Positions 11,424 through 22,824 of a stretch of DNA of 32,867 nt are shown piece by piece. The stretch is from contig JAUCBJ010007753.1 in assembly GCA_032718475.1 (NCBI GenBank), positions 1-32,867 of the forward strand, written 5' to 3'. The notes under the pieces were generated by a model. That model searched no databases and was not told the origin of the DNA. It saw only the letters and a program-made list of their open reading frames with translations. Within the stretch, counting starts at the first letter, position 1. Every line of letters starts with the position of its first letter. The position numbers and the translations under genes are program-made. The DNA is from Nemertoderma westbladi (taxonomy: Eukaryota > Animalia > Xenacoelomorpha).

Positions 11424-12271
11424 CTAGGCGCTCAGGACTGCGTTGAATCTGTCGATAATTACACCGTCCCGCTTCAACACTCGCTCACGATAATCCAAGT
11501 ATATTTTGCACCCCTCGTTCTGTGGCTTTTTCTTTTCCGTATATTCTCGCGCACGCAGGCGACCAATCTCCTTCCTAATACTTGGATGAACATCCTTCTT
11601 TAGATACGTGGTTTTGAATGGAGCCTCTACCTCCTTCAACTTCTTAGCGTTACTCAAAATAACGTTGCGATCCTCTCTGTTGCGGACAACAGCCAGAATG
11701 GGCCTGGGTCTATCCCTTGATCCGGAGTTCTCTTTTCCGAGACGCTGAATCGTCCATTCTCTAGCGATAGTTGCCTGTGTTATTCTTTCACCTAAACCCA
11801 TGCTTGAATTACATCAAAGATCTTTCCCTTGTCTCCTTCTTCTCCCGAGTCGGTAGATGTTTCTTTAATCCCAGTAATAATCAGATTTCTCTCGCGTCGC
11901 TCATTGTCCACCGTTTCTATAAAACTCTGTTGGTTACGAATAATCCCTAAGGCAGAGTCCAGTTTCTCGGACAATTCCTCGACTTTCCCCTGTAACTGAT
12001 TCGATATTTGTACCTCTTTCCTCAGTTCCTGCATCTCTTGCAATATTCGGACCGCTAAGTTGTTTTCTATACCTGCACCTGTTCCGGTACTCAATCCTGA
12101 GTTGGTAAGATTGAGATCCCTACCGGTTGAGTCACGGCGTTTCTGGTCCGCGGCGCGGTATACCGCGACGAGGTTTCTCAGCTGTTCCTTGTTCATTTTT
12201 CCAACTTGGCTGCTGGATAATACACATATATCGTCAATACCTGTTAGGTTAGGATCAATATTTTGCTCCAT
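11424..12271 (-). pseudogene. LINE ORF1, copy 2, with the same 1-bp frameshift at ~11801
   Basis: Same motifs and same lesion as copy 1. Confidence 0.85.
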
Positions 12272-12467
12272 CTTCGGTATAGCTGTATTATCCGCGGTAC
12301 AGTCGTACAGCAGTACAGTCTGACAGTTTTATACAGTTATACAGTTATGATTATACAAAAACTTACTTATGCAGTAAGGTAGGCAGGTTCGATTTGTTAT
12401 TGATATATCGGTAAATTGATTGGTAAATCCTCCCCTTATTCCCCCCCCCCCCCTATATTCCCCACTA

Positions 12468-13297
12468 CATCCTCCTCCCGTCATCTACCGTTATAATTAC
12501 ATCTAATTATAATTACATTACTACCGATATAATTACATTTCATCACTTGTTATAATTTGGCCGCACTAGCTCTGTAGAGCTATGGCCTAGTCAATCTTGT
12601 ACTATGGTTTGTGCTTGCGTAAGAAAAATATAAATTAACCGTACAGATATATCCTAGTAGATATCTACCAAGTTTCAGTTCAGTATAAACAGAATGTAAA
12701 TAACAAAGTTGGGGAAGATGTTCTCTTTCAGACATTTTGCCCCCCTAGCAACAGACTGGAGAAACGCAGACTGGTCAGTGTACTTCTAAACTTATGGTCA
12801 GGTATATATCTGCAAAGTGTCAGTTAGAACAGACTGAGTGTGATGGTGCAACTGATGTAATACAGTACAGTAATACAGTTTTCTGCCTGTTGACCAGCAA
12901 TTTGGCCGAAAACGACTACGGAATAGCCCAATTTGACCACAAATACGCATTCACCAAGGGCATACAGGCATCTTGGCAGGGCATATGCGTAAAATTAGCT
13001 TCGAGGTAATGATGGTTCAAGTTCACGTGCTTATGACGATATGCATCATATAGATGTGCAAGATTGAGTCAAGATAAGCCCCCATGTGTAGAGTGACAGA
13101 CTACAGGACTGAACTGCTAGGCCTAACTCGACCTCATGCAAACAATAAACGTGTAAAATAACACCCAGAGACAGGGACAGCTGTCTGCATCGTGTTAATA
13201 CGCATCTAATGTGTCACAAAGCAAGGAATTTGAGCGAAATCTGACGACGTGTATCGATGGACATACATACATACAAACTGAGCAGATTTATATATAT
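12468..13297. mobile_element. Probable non-autonomous Helitron/Helentron-associated (DINE-1/HINE-like) repeat remnant
   Basis: Non-coding. Ends in gaatttgagcgaaatctgacg…(acat)n acaaactgagcagatttatatata, which resembles the microsatellite + AT terminus layout of such elements. Resemblance only. Confidence 0.35.
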
Positions 13298-13343
13298 TGT
13301 AAAATATTACAGTTAAATTTATTTAGTAACACTATATCGTTCC

Positions 13344-13393
13344 TTAGTGTTGGTCTTTTTGTTAACTCCAAGAAGACTACAATTTTGATAGTT
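13344..13393 (+). mobile_element. Very short RTE-like RT fragment
   Basis: tagtgttggtctttttgttaactccaagaagac (SVGLFVNSKKT) matches the reverse complement of ~30905..30938 and resembles 31346..31380. Confidence 0.6.
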
Positions 13394-13758
13394 TAATTCG
13401 AGCTTTTATTAAAGAATTAATCAATAAAAAAAATATCAAGTTAAGAATATAATGTTGTACTATACGAGAAAAAAACGTTGACTTTTTTCCCATATCATTC
13501 ATTATATATTAAAAAATTAATTAATTAAAAAATTAATGATTTTGTTTATATGTTTTAACATCCATAGGTTGTATAAATTATTAAGTAATTTAAACAAGAC
13601 TTAGGATGATCCAACTCTATAGCAAATGGAGCGGAAAAAGTGAATTCACCACAAAGGGGAATTTGGTATAGAAGTTGAATCATCGTATCTTTAAATTCAT
13701 ATTAATGATATTGATGTACAGTATTCATTTCATGACCCATATATTATTATTTACATAG

Positions 13759-13907
13759 AGATGACAGCTGATGGAGAACAATTTGTCACCTTATCGAGTT
13801 GCAAGGTATATTGCTGCAATGACAAGGACAACTGTAACCACGCAACCAACGTCGCTCTCTCATTTGCTCTCGCTATGGCAACCACTGCTGTAGTTATAAT
13901 ATTTTAA
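13759..13907 (+). CDS. Terminal exon of a Ly6/uPAR (three-finger) family GPI-anchored protein
   Basis: Acceptor ttatttacatag, then MTADGEQFVTLSSCKVYCCNDKDNCNHATNVALSFALAMATTAVVIIF*. Has the CC-x-x-x-D-x-CN signature and a hydrophobic C-terminal tail. Too short for the ORF track. Confidence 0.8.
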
Positions 13908-14154
13908 TACTATGTTACCAGATGTGTACATACAGTAGGGCTTGTGTGTGTTTAGTTACATATAACCAATAAGTTCATAAAACTTCATAGATTAGCCATA
14001 ATGACAATAATGCTTTACTTTGCATTTTACCTTATACAATATTAATATCCTTTAATTTACTATAATTTCTTTTTTAATATCCTATAATTTACTTGTTTGC
14101 ATTGTATTATGTTTTAGGCGAGTCAATCTAGCATAAAGCACAAAAGTAATTCGC

Positions 14155-15978
14155 AACTATCCACACTAACTGAGTAATATTTGGCCAGCTGCAGTTCGTT
14201 CAGGATAGAGTTCAAAACTTGTTCTGAGAGCAGTGGAATGAATTCTTCACAAATTGAAGTCAATCGGTATGATGGAATTCTTCGACCAGCATTTCCATAT
14301 TTCGCTATATTATGTTCAGCAAGAAAGGCGTCATGTCATGCTTCACCAGTAAATCCAACACACCCTGTAATTTCATTGTGTGGAAAGACTTCCTCATCAC
14401 CTCTAAAAGGAAGACCTCGCTCTGCCAGAAATAGTTCGACATTAACAACTCTCCACAAATCCTCCTGCCAAAAGTTATTTTCAGAGAGAAATTGATTTTC
14501 AAGAATGGTGCCAAACTCTTGCTTCTTTGTGTACAGAATGTAAACATCGAGTCTCTGTGCTCCTGAGATTTATCATGCTATGAGATGGCCCATCTTGCAT
14601 TGTCAAACTTGCATTTTTCAACCAGCCAGTTGAGCTCCTGAATTCGTAAATAAGTGGCAAATGAAGCAAAAAACGCAGCTTGCAGAAGGCGAAAAAATAC
14701 GCCATTCTCTTTCAACGATTTCAGCATTGTGGTTCTTCCATAGAAATAGCGAGTGTTCAGATAGTGCTTATGTTCTTTATATAGCCGCTTTGTGGTGTGG
14801 TATTATTTGCAACGATTTTGACAATTCATAGGTCCATTTTTATCCAAAAGTTTCGTAAAATTTTCATATCAAACAATATGGGATTATTGATAAAAGTGGG
14901 CTTGGACATGGTTGCTAGTTCTAGTTCTTCCATATTTTCATTAACTTCAGCACCAGAAACTCCTCCCATTTCATTTGCAACGAAGTGAGCAGCAATTGTA
15001 GACCTTGGACTCGGGGAGCATTCACGACCAGCAACTTCAGAACTGTAGGCGGACTGCCTGCTACTGTAGGCAGAGTCAGTATTTGAGATCGAAAAATAGT
15101 TATCAATTTTGAGGGTTTTCGCCTTTTTCCGCTATCATCACGTTTAGTTTTCGCAGCACTTTTCTGTGATCTGACTGATAATTGCGTCCAGACATTTTGT
15201 TCGCCAACTTGGTAATAAATAAAGTAAGTAGAAATTGGAAGGGTATAACTACAAGACAACGATTAAAAAAAAGACAAATAGTGACAGAAAGTGAGACAGA
15301 GACGAGGCACTGGATACTTGGCACTGGTTCTGGTTTTCTCTAAAAGTATAAAACTTCCACTTTCAGACAACGCATATGTAAAGGGGGTCGTTGAGGTTTG
15401 TTACTATGAATAATAAAATGTAGTTGGAATTTCATATTTCTATGTTTTTATTTCTGCATGGATACGGTCTCCAAAATATAACTTTACAATTAAACCAAAT
15501 CTTTTCTATTCTATTTATATCACTCTCTATCTATATCTAACTCTTTCCTCCTGAAATGAAAGTTCCATGCAGTAGTTATTGTAAAGTACTGGTTTACTAT
15601 AGAATACCTGACATTAACAGAAATATGATTAATTGCCATCTACTGTATATCTGTACATCTGTTTTGCTAATGAAATAAGCATGCAGTATCTTATGTAAAT
15701 AAAGTGTATTTTTTTTTATAGCAAGTTAGGTAAAATGTCACAAGCTCAACTAATTCATTCCTTCACTAAAGTTAATTTGATGATAAAACTATTTGTAAGC
15801 TTCCATGCACTAGTCAGCATGTACTACACATTTACTATCTACTAAGAGTACATGTAGCGGTACCTGTTGTTTTCTTTAAAAGTATAAAACTTTCACTTTC
15901 AATTTCAAAAATTTGGGGGCCCCTAAAGTTCGGGGGCCCCAAGATTCAGGGACCAGGATGCAGCCTTAACTGCATCCT
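14155..15978 (-). mobile_element. Decayed hAT DNA transposon (ZMYM1-like/DUF4371-type transposase, N-terminal half)
   Basis: Frameshifted minus-strand peptides FLAERGLPFRGDEE and HDAFLAEHNIAKYGNAGRRIPSY…ICEEFI…LAKYYSVSVDS. GGGGGCCCC subterminal motifs at ~15914-15940. Breaks off at the first catalytic-Asp motif. Confidence 0.8.
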
Positions 15979-15989
15979 TGGCTGTCCTC

Positions 15990-16500
15990 GTGTGCCCGAG
16001 TCGGCGGGACTCATGCTGTGCCTTAGAGAGGTCATTTTGGGACTTTCGAGTTCTGTGGTCAGTTTAGGGGGCCTTTTTCCTGTTTCGAGGGTACACAGGA
16101 ACTGTTTCTACAACTGCTAACATAACTGCTTCTGTGAAGGCCGTATAGCCCTCGCAGTGATCTGTTGCCTCAGATGCGAGAACATTGTGTACCTGTTGTT
16201 CAGATTTAGTAGTGTGAAGCTGGATCTCACACTGGGTTGATGCATCAGAGGACCGATGCATCAGATGCATCAGAGGATCTGCCTTGGTAAGGCAGATTTC
16301 GTAGTTCTGCTATCGCAGATACCTTACCTTGGTCTCAATAAGGTGGTGATCACTGGAGAAGGGTCTAAGTGTAAATGCACTACAGTCTTGTACAGAGCTC
16401 CTGCTGTATTTCCTATGAAACAGAATGTGGTCTATCTAGGACTGGTTCCACTGGTTTCAGTGTGAGCCCATAGCTTTTCAGTATGCTTCTTGAACTGAGT
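15990..16500 (-). mobile_element. RTE-like LINE APE endonuclease fragment
   Basis: Minus-strand translation IDHILFHRKY…FSSDHHLIETKV, with stops. Confidence 0.7.
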
Positions 16501-16529
16501 TCGAGCCAAAAACAGTCCATTTCCCGAGG

Positions 16530-17250
16530 ATGGCAGGAGAGGCTGGCTCTCAAACTAAGTCTGATCTCTGCAGTCACGATTCTGCGGTCCGAACCAATTT
16601 GGGCGAACGAGCTGTATAATGTACCGTTATTATATGACGTATAATTGATTTAATATTATGTGCCATTAAAGGATGTGTATAACCTCAACACTACCGTGAT
16701 TAATTAACTCCGTGATTAATTACATTATATTTATACACTGTTTGCTTTTTTAAGTTAGGTATGGTTAACCCTTCAGCTTTCTATGTGTAACCATACTGCA
16801 CATCATGAGATATATACCAGATACATTTTGTCGTGCATTTTAATTATGTTTATCTAGAGATTAATTACAGTAACTGAACGATGATATAAAATATGCAGAT
16901 AAAATACTTATTGAATTTCCTCATTTTTTTCATATTATTGTTGTTTCCCCAATCTTATACTGTCCTCAAAACCCAACATATAACTCGCTGTTAATCATGC
17001 TGTTTCTCCACTTTTTGTTTATAAGGATGTAATCCAGCTGTGCTTTGGATCAATTAGGGTATTGAAAGTTGTTGGTATCAATTCACATTCTTCCATTTGT
17101 TCTAAGAGTAAGCACCCATTTCTGTTCGAACTGGTGTGTATCAGTGTAACCCTTGATGTCTTCTGGGCCAATTTGCACATTCAGGTCACCAGCAATAACT
17201 GTAACATTTTGTTTCGGAATGTCCTTTACAAGTCCAGTCGGATCTCCATA
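16530..17250 (-). mobile_element. Second RTE-like APE endonuclease fragment, split by AT-rich sequence (~16610-16965)
   Basis: DIPKQNVTVIAGDLNVQIG and KAQLDYILINKKWRNS at 16965-17250, resuming as GSDRRIVTAEIRLSLRA at ~16545-16600. Confidence 0.7.
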
Positions 17251-17884
17251 TTATGTATATATGTTTTGTTATATATTTTGTTGCCCATATATTGTTGGCT
17301 AAACTTGAGCGTGTTTATTAAATATCAGTCCATAATAATGTAGTTATTACTTATAGCAATCTTGGCAATGCAATTATACAATCAATAAGTTACTTAGTTA
17401 TTCCTAGTATCAATCCATTGTGTACCTGTACCAATAACCAACTAGAGTAATTAATATACTAGTACTAGGCTCATGATAATTACATATTACTAATGCTATG
17501 AAAACGTGTCCTGTTAATTTGAATAATTATTATTTTGATTTTTTTTACTAAATTATTAGATGATACTATATCCTAAACTGTTTATATTTTAGTTTATGTT
17601 TTATTAAGTTGACAATTATCAATTAACTTAATTAATTATCAATTCATAATAAAATTAATAAAATTAAAATAAATCAATTAATTTAATTTTGCGAAATTCT
17701 GAGAATTTCATTGTCAATTTGATTGCGGTACTGATTTTTTCCCAAGGGTAATTCATGGTTGGTTTAAAAAAAAAGACTCATTATTATTTATTAATTAAGA
17801 GATTAAAATTGTATATACAATTAAATATATAGCTGCACCAACCCAACATCCCACCACCAATCAGAACAATACAATTAAGACAAA

Positions 17885-20510
17885 CCAATTAAACATACAA
17901 TTAAAAATGGTGCACCGTGGATTAATACCGGTCTGCGAGGTCATTCCCCCGCAGACCCGCACCATCTCCAAAGCCCAGCACCCTCCAGGGACGCCGGCCA
18001 CCAAGCAGACAGAGGGAGTTAGAGCGGAGGAGCGCGAACTGAAGCCGCCTCCGAACTCCTCCGAGAATTCAGGCTAGGCCACGTTCCCGCATCCCCTGCC
18101 TCCGAGCCACAAGGGTCTCAGCGAGGTGGCTGATGAAGATATCAGTCTCCTTGCACCACACCCCGTCGGTGGTTCCGACAAGGGGAGTGAAGGAGAACCT
18201 TCTGTCTTCGCACACCGCGCTGTAGTGCACCTTCTTGGTTCGGACTCTCTGCTCGAGGACAGAGTCTAAGGACTGGTGAGCATATGAGGGGGCGTCAGAG
18301 TTTACAATCGCGATATTGAACGACGCCACCCTCTGCTCAGTCCAGACTCCCCTCGCCAGGAGATCAGCCCTAACTCCCCCCACCTCGTGGCCCCTTCTGT
18401 CCAGGTAGCCAGTGTACAGTGTGATTTCACGCTGTACACATGAACCACCAAAGGCAGAAGCGATGAGGTCCCCAAAAACCTCACGGACCTCATAGTGCCG
18501 CTTTATGATCAGGCCACCCGACTTACAGTTCAGTGCGTGGGTTGTCGAAAACGGCTCCCCACACCCCTCACACTTCGCCGGGAGGCCGGGCAGCGTGAGG
18601 TCGTACCTCAGCGCGAGGTTGTCGTGGAACACCTCCCTCCAGGGCCAGGTTGGTGTTATCCACCACGGAGGGCTGCGCCGACAGCCATCCACCCGTCTTG
18701 TGGGACACCGTACGGTCCACAGTACAGCGCCTTTCTGCGGGGACGGATTGGACGGCGGACTCCATCGCTGCCTTATAGGCAGCGTCCTGGGCGACGCGAC
18801 TAGTAGCCAATGCGGAGGCGAGACAGGCGGAGTGGTCAGCAACGTTGAGGGGGCTGCCTGTCGTCAGCGCCTCGACCACCCCAACGGTCCCAGATAGAGA
18901 CGCCTCCCTAACGTGACGCCTCCGCATCAGGGGGTCCCGGATCCCGATCCCCCCATGGTGGACATGGAGGAGGACCAGCTCCTCGTCCACAGTTCCAGGG
19001 GAAGTCCCAAAGAGGGCCGGGATGAAGCGACGCAACAGTTCAGTGCGGATCGGCGCCAGATCATCATCCCTAGTCTCCACCACCCGAAGCAGGTAGTCCC
19101 ACTCCGCCTGGACGCAGTGGGACATACCGGTATGGGCGGTCTGTGGGTACTCCGCAGCCACCTCGGAGAGCTGAGCGATACTTGTAACCCACCCCGCCAC
19201 CTTCTCCGCTATGAACTCCCGCAGTCCCCAGGAGTCCCCCATGTAACCGCTGAGGAAACGGTGGCCGGATACGATCCGGACTCCTGAATCCCCGAACACC
19301 TCTGTCGCCCTCCTCTCAAACTCTGGTTTCACAACCAGGTAGCTCTTCGTGGACTCGGGTTTGTAGCCAACTCGGGGTCCACGGTGGCACAGCTCCTCCC
19401 ACCATTCCCACACTCCAGCGACGGACTCCGCTGATGAGGCGTCATCTGCGTACCAGCACTGCTTTTGCCAGCAGGTGGTACTTCCGGCTGCCGGATCGCT
19501 GGGGGGCGGGTCTCGGGGTGGCGGTTCTCTGGGTGGCGGGTCTCTGGGTTGTGGGTTGCGGGGTGGCGGGTCGCAGGGTGGTGGGTCGCAGAGTGGCGGG
19601 TCGCCGGGTAGGGGGTCGCCGGATCTCCCCCCACGGAGTTGGCGAGGCGTCGAGCCAAGCCGGCGACGGCCTCGCAGAGGCGGGAGCTGTGCGCCTCATA
19701 GCGGGTGAGGAGCGCACTCCACAGTTCAGCGTCACCACCAATGGGCCCGGCGCTACCACTCAGGAAACGAGAGACCTTCAAGGCGAGTTGCCCCGTAATG
19801 TCCACCGCTTCGAAGGTATCATAAACTCGTCGCACGGGTCGAGCACCTCTGGCGAGACGTCCAGCTGAGGCGGATGTTTCGCGGCGAGGCATCATAAACC
19901 GTTACACCGGCTGGCTGCCCTTCAGCCTGGGACTCGGGGTCCAGTACTCCGCCGCTGTCCCGGTCTGTTACCAGGCGGACCGCAGACCAGTTCTGTCTGG
20001 CCAGGATCTTCCTATTGTAGGTCCTGGCCGTGTTAGGTGGGGCCGAGCGAAGGGAGCGCGTGAATCTCGCACTACAGAGCTCCACCTCAGCTATGAACTT
20101 ATGGAACTCCTCCCGTTCCCACATCCCGAGTCGGCGCAGGATGGTCCGTCGGATGTCCACCCCCTTCACCACGTCGGGGTCCCGCTGGAACGTGGTGGCG
20201 AGGAAACAGAGCAGTCTCTCCAAGGGGTAGATCCCCTCGGTCAACTTCTCCACCTCTCTAGCGAGCACGTCCGCGTCTGACTCTTCTCTGTCGGGAGACA
20301 GGCAGGAGCCAGACAGGGGGGCTGTTGTGTCCTCAATGTTCGGGTCGACGTTCCTCGTAGTCGCGATGGACGCCGATGTGTTGTTGGGGTTCCCACACCG
20401 GCCATCATCGGACGTTTTCATCCGGTGCAAGGATGACAACTGCAGACGCACCCGCATTTAGTGGAGGGGCCGCACAATGCGACCACACAGCCACAGCATC
20501 GCTGCGAACT
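17885..20510 (-). mobile_element. CRE-clade non-LTR retrotransposon (RT + restriction-like endonuclease), frameshifted and internally deleted
   Basis: GC-rich block. WYADD at 19441-19455, GYKPESTKSYLVVK, GHRFLSG, CEGC…HALNCKSGG…RH, RADL, FTPLVGTTDG and C-terminal VRRRLQFALLR…LCLLG ending at TAA ~17922. Confidence 0.85.
19496..19625. repeat. 15-bp GC-rich minisatellite (~8-9 units)
   Basis: Minus-strand units approximately CC(N)G(C/A)GACCC(G/A)CCAC, translating as PATRH-like pentapeptides. Confidence 0.9.
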
Positions 20511-20689
20511 TTGTGACATAATCACATTACAACATTAGGCATTTGTTAACTGTGTCCTAATGTAAAATCAGTGAAATAAAATAGAGTAAATAAGATGAAT
20601 TTCCAAAAGATTTAGAGACATAAATATTCTGAAATGTGTATTAAAACAATGTGAATTAAAAGAATCTCAATTTTATTTAAAATAGCTTT

Positions 20690-22290
20690 TATCAGTAGGT
20701 ATGCAAGGCCCAAAGTATATAAAGGGCTAAAAAGCAACTGGACCTACCTATAAGGTTGCATGCAATCAGATATCAGCTGATGGCATTCCACTTACCCATT
20801 GTTTTCAGCTCACAAAGGAAGGCATTCTCAGGAGGCGAAGCCATGATATGACGTTTAGAGTGTGTTTATGTGTATGTTTAGAGTCCCAAAGGGAGAAGGA
20901 ATGGGCAATGAAGAGATACCAGTTTCTATCCACTGGGAAGAAGCACTACAAACTTGCGCCAATCGCGTTTCTGCTTGTTGATAATGGGCCCGCATTCCAT
21001 CCTGGCTAGCCCATCCTGGTGCTGTCTAACGCATTCAAACAGGTGTTGGATAGTGTGTCCAACATATTCCCCCTTACAAGAGGGATAAGAGAATGAATAA
21101 ACGATGTTAGTAGCAAGAATATCTGGGGCAGGTTGTATCAGAGATGGGAGTGACTGGCGCAGTTTGACTGGATGTTGTGAAAACCTTCAAACTGGAAACA
21201 GATGGTTGCTTAACCCTGATACTAAAACTTACCGATAATGGGCCTGGGATCGTCAGCAGTTGCAGGATCCACCGGGTCAATGACCTTGTGAGGAACAATT
21301 GCTGGTACCCCACCCTCAAGACTACTGCTCGCATGCCCCCCTAGCGGCTTGAACAGCAGTAAACTCGCGTTGGATCATCGCATTATTATATTGGTTATTG
21401 CCAAGGATTGTCTTAGCTTTCCCAATAGCGGTGTGGAGTTGGGAACCATCCCCACCCTTACTGATGTTAAAAATAGGATGAACATTCCACAAACTACACT
21501 TCCTTCATTCGGGCACACGCAGTAGCGTTAAGGACGAGCCCAATATCTGTAGACTTGTGCCACTATGCAGCCGAAGGTGAGTGACTCACATGGGTCACAA
21601 CTAAATCAAGAAAGGACAAGCGGCCCTGTTCCTCCATCTCAAGAGTAAGCTTATGATGGGGATGCAGGGTATTGACCTCTCTCAACTTCACAGTGGGGTC
21701 GTTACCACCAACACTGAACATGTCATCGACGTACCTCTCACTAAGTTTCGTGCCAGTAGCAATCTGCTTGTCAAACTGAGACAGAAAGATGTTAACAAAT
21801 ATGTGCCCCAATGGGGACCCCATAGCAACACCATCTTTCTGACAGACATAGGTATACAACATACTTAGTAGACAACATCATGAATTGGTCTTTGCTGATT
21901 GGCTGGCAGTGAGGATGTTGCTCGCACAGTAGATCAGCATCGAGCTGCACCGCCTCCCTCAATGGGACGTTAGTGAATAGACTTACAACATCGAGTGAGT
22001 GTAGAGACGGTCTGCGGGGCAGCGCCAGCCACATACGATTGGCAGCCCCAGCACTCTTGGCTGATTGCCCCTGGCTGGATGGTAAATGCTGCCGAGCATA
22101 GAGGTTCTAGGATGGAGTGGGATGCCAGACTTGTGGACCTTAGCAAGGCCTAGCTAGGAAAAGTGGTATCCTTGCGATTCCGTTGCCTTGCTTGGAGTTC
22201 CTTATTCTCCTTACCCACAATGCTGATGACCTCGTCCATAATGAGATTATTATTATTAATTATTAATTTGTAGACATCGATCTTAACAGG
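20690..22290 (-). mobile_element. Decayed Penelope-like element (RT + GIY-YIG endonuclease + 3' pLTR-like end)
   Basis: GLAKVHKSGIP, SLDVVSLFTNVPL, QKDGVAMGSPLG, RYVDD, SFLDL, then NIVYSFSYPSCKGEYVGHT…RQH (GIY-YIG-like). Many stops and frameshifts. Confidence 0.9.
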
Positions 22291-22478
22291 AGTAGGGCAG
22301 CATGGTGGGGGCCAATGTAACACCCAAGTGGTAGTATGACTTATCTTCATTATCAATTAATATTAATGTTTCTTCAAGCGTCCACTTCAATCTAATTAAA
22401 ATAGGTTAGACTTTTCACTTTTTTTAAATATATTTTTTGTATAACTTATACTCCCAAATCGAACCAACATCAATTGAT

Positions 22479-22654
22479 ATGCCCGGAGTTCGTCGTAAAG
22501 ATATCAAATTTACCAGAGATAATTACAAAGCGAAACTTGATGCTAAAGCACTTGGAGCAGTTTCTAAACCAAATCATGTTGAAAGGATATATCTTAACAG
22601 AGAAATGAAAACATTGAGAAATAATGAAAAGATAGCGGTACGTTTAGTTGATCG
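22479..22654 (+). CDS. Host gene coding exon 1 (uncharacterised ~290-aa charged/coiled-coil protein)
   Basis: ATG at 22479 (MPGVRRKDIKFTRDNY…AVRLVD). Donor CG|GTTAGT is phase 2 and compatible with exon 2. Confidence 0.65.
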
Positions 22655-22824
22655 GTTAGTTTAAATCTGTAGTATAATATTCCATATAAAATAATTTTAC
22701 GTTGCTATCATGATTAATATCCTTTAATTGTTTTATAATTTAGTTTTAGTTTTTTTTTAATTTAATTTAGTTTCAAGCAAGAGAGACCACTAAAGTCGTG
22801 TTTGGCAGTCTTCTTTGGTAATAT

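Larger units (their letters stand above)
8232..12467 (-). mobile_element. CR1/L2-group LINE, copy 2: apparently full length (~4.24 kb)
   Basis: G-rich 5' end, ORF1, ORF2 (APE + RT + C-terminal CCHC), short 3' UTR with AATAAA and a (TAA)n tail at 8232..8250. Confidence 0.95.

Noticed and set aside
5371-12467. Duplication as an assembly artefact, or as an LTR pair
   Set aside because: The copies differ by CpG-biased substitutions and join exactly at element ends. The repeat contains LINE ORFs and lacks TG…CA ends and a PBS.
13623-13665. Possible upstream exon of the Ly6-like gene (AG…GT bounded)
   Set aside because: Weak splice sites and none of the cysteines expected of an LU domain.
22771-22817. 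Candidate extra exon (FQARETTKVVFGSLL) in the host gene
   Set aside because: Splicing to the 24828 exon creates TGA, while the direct 22654-24828 join is in frame.
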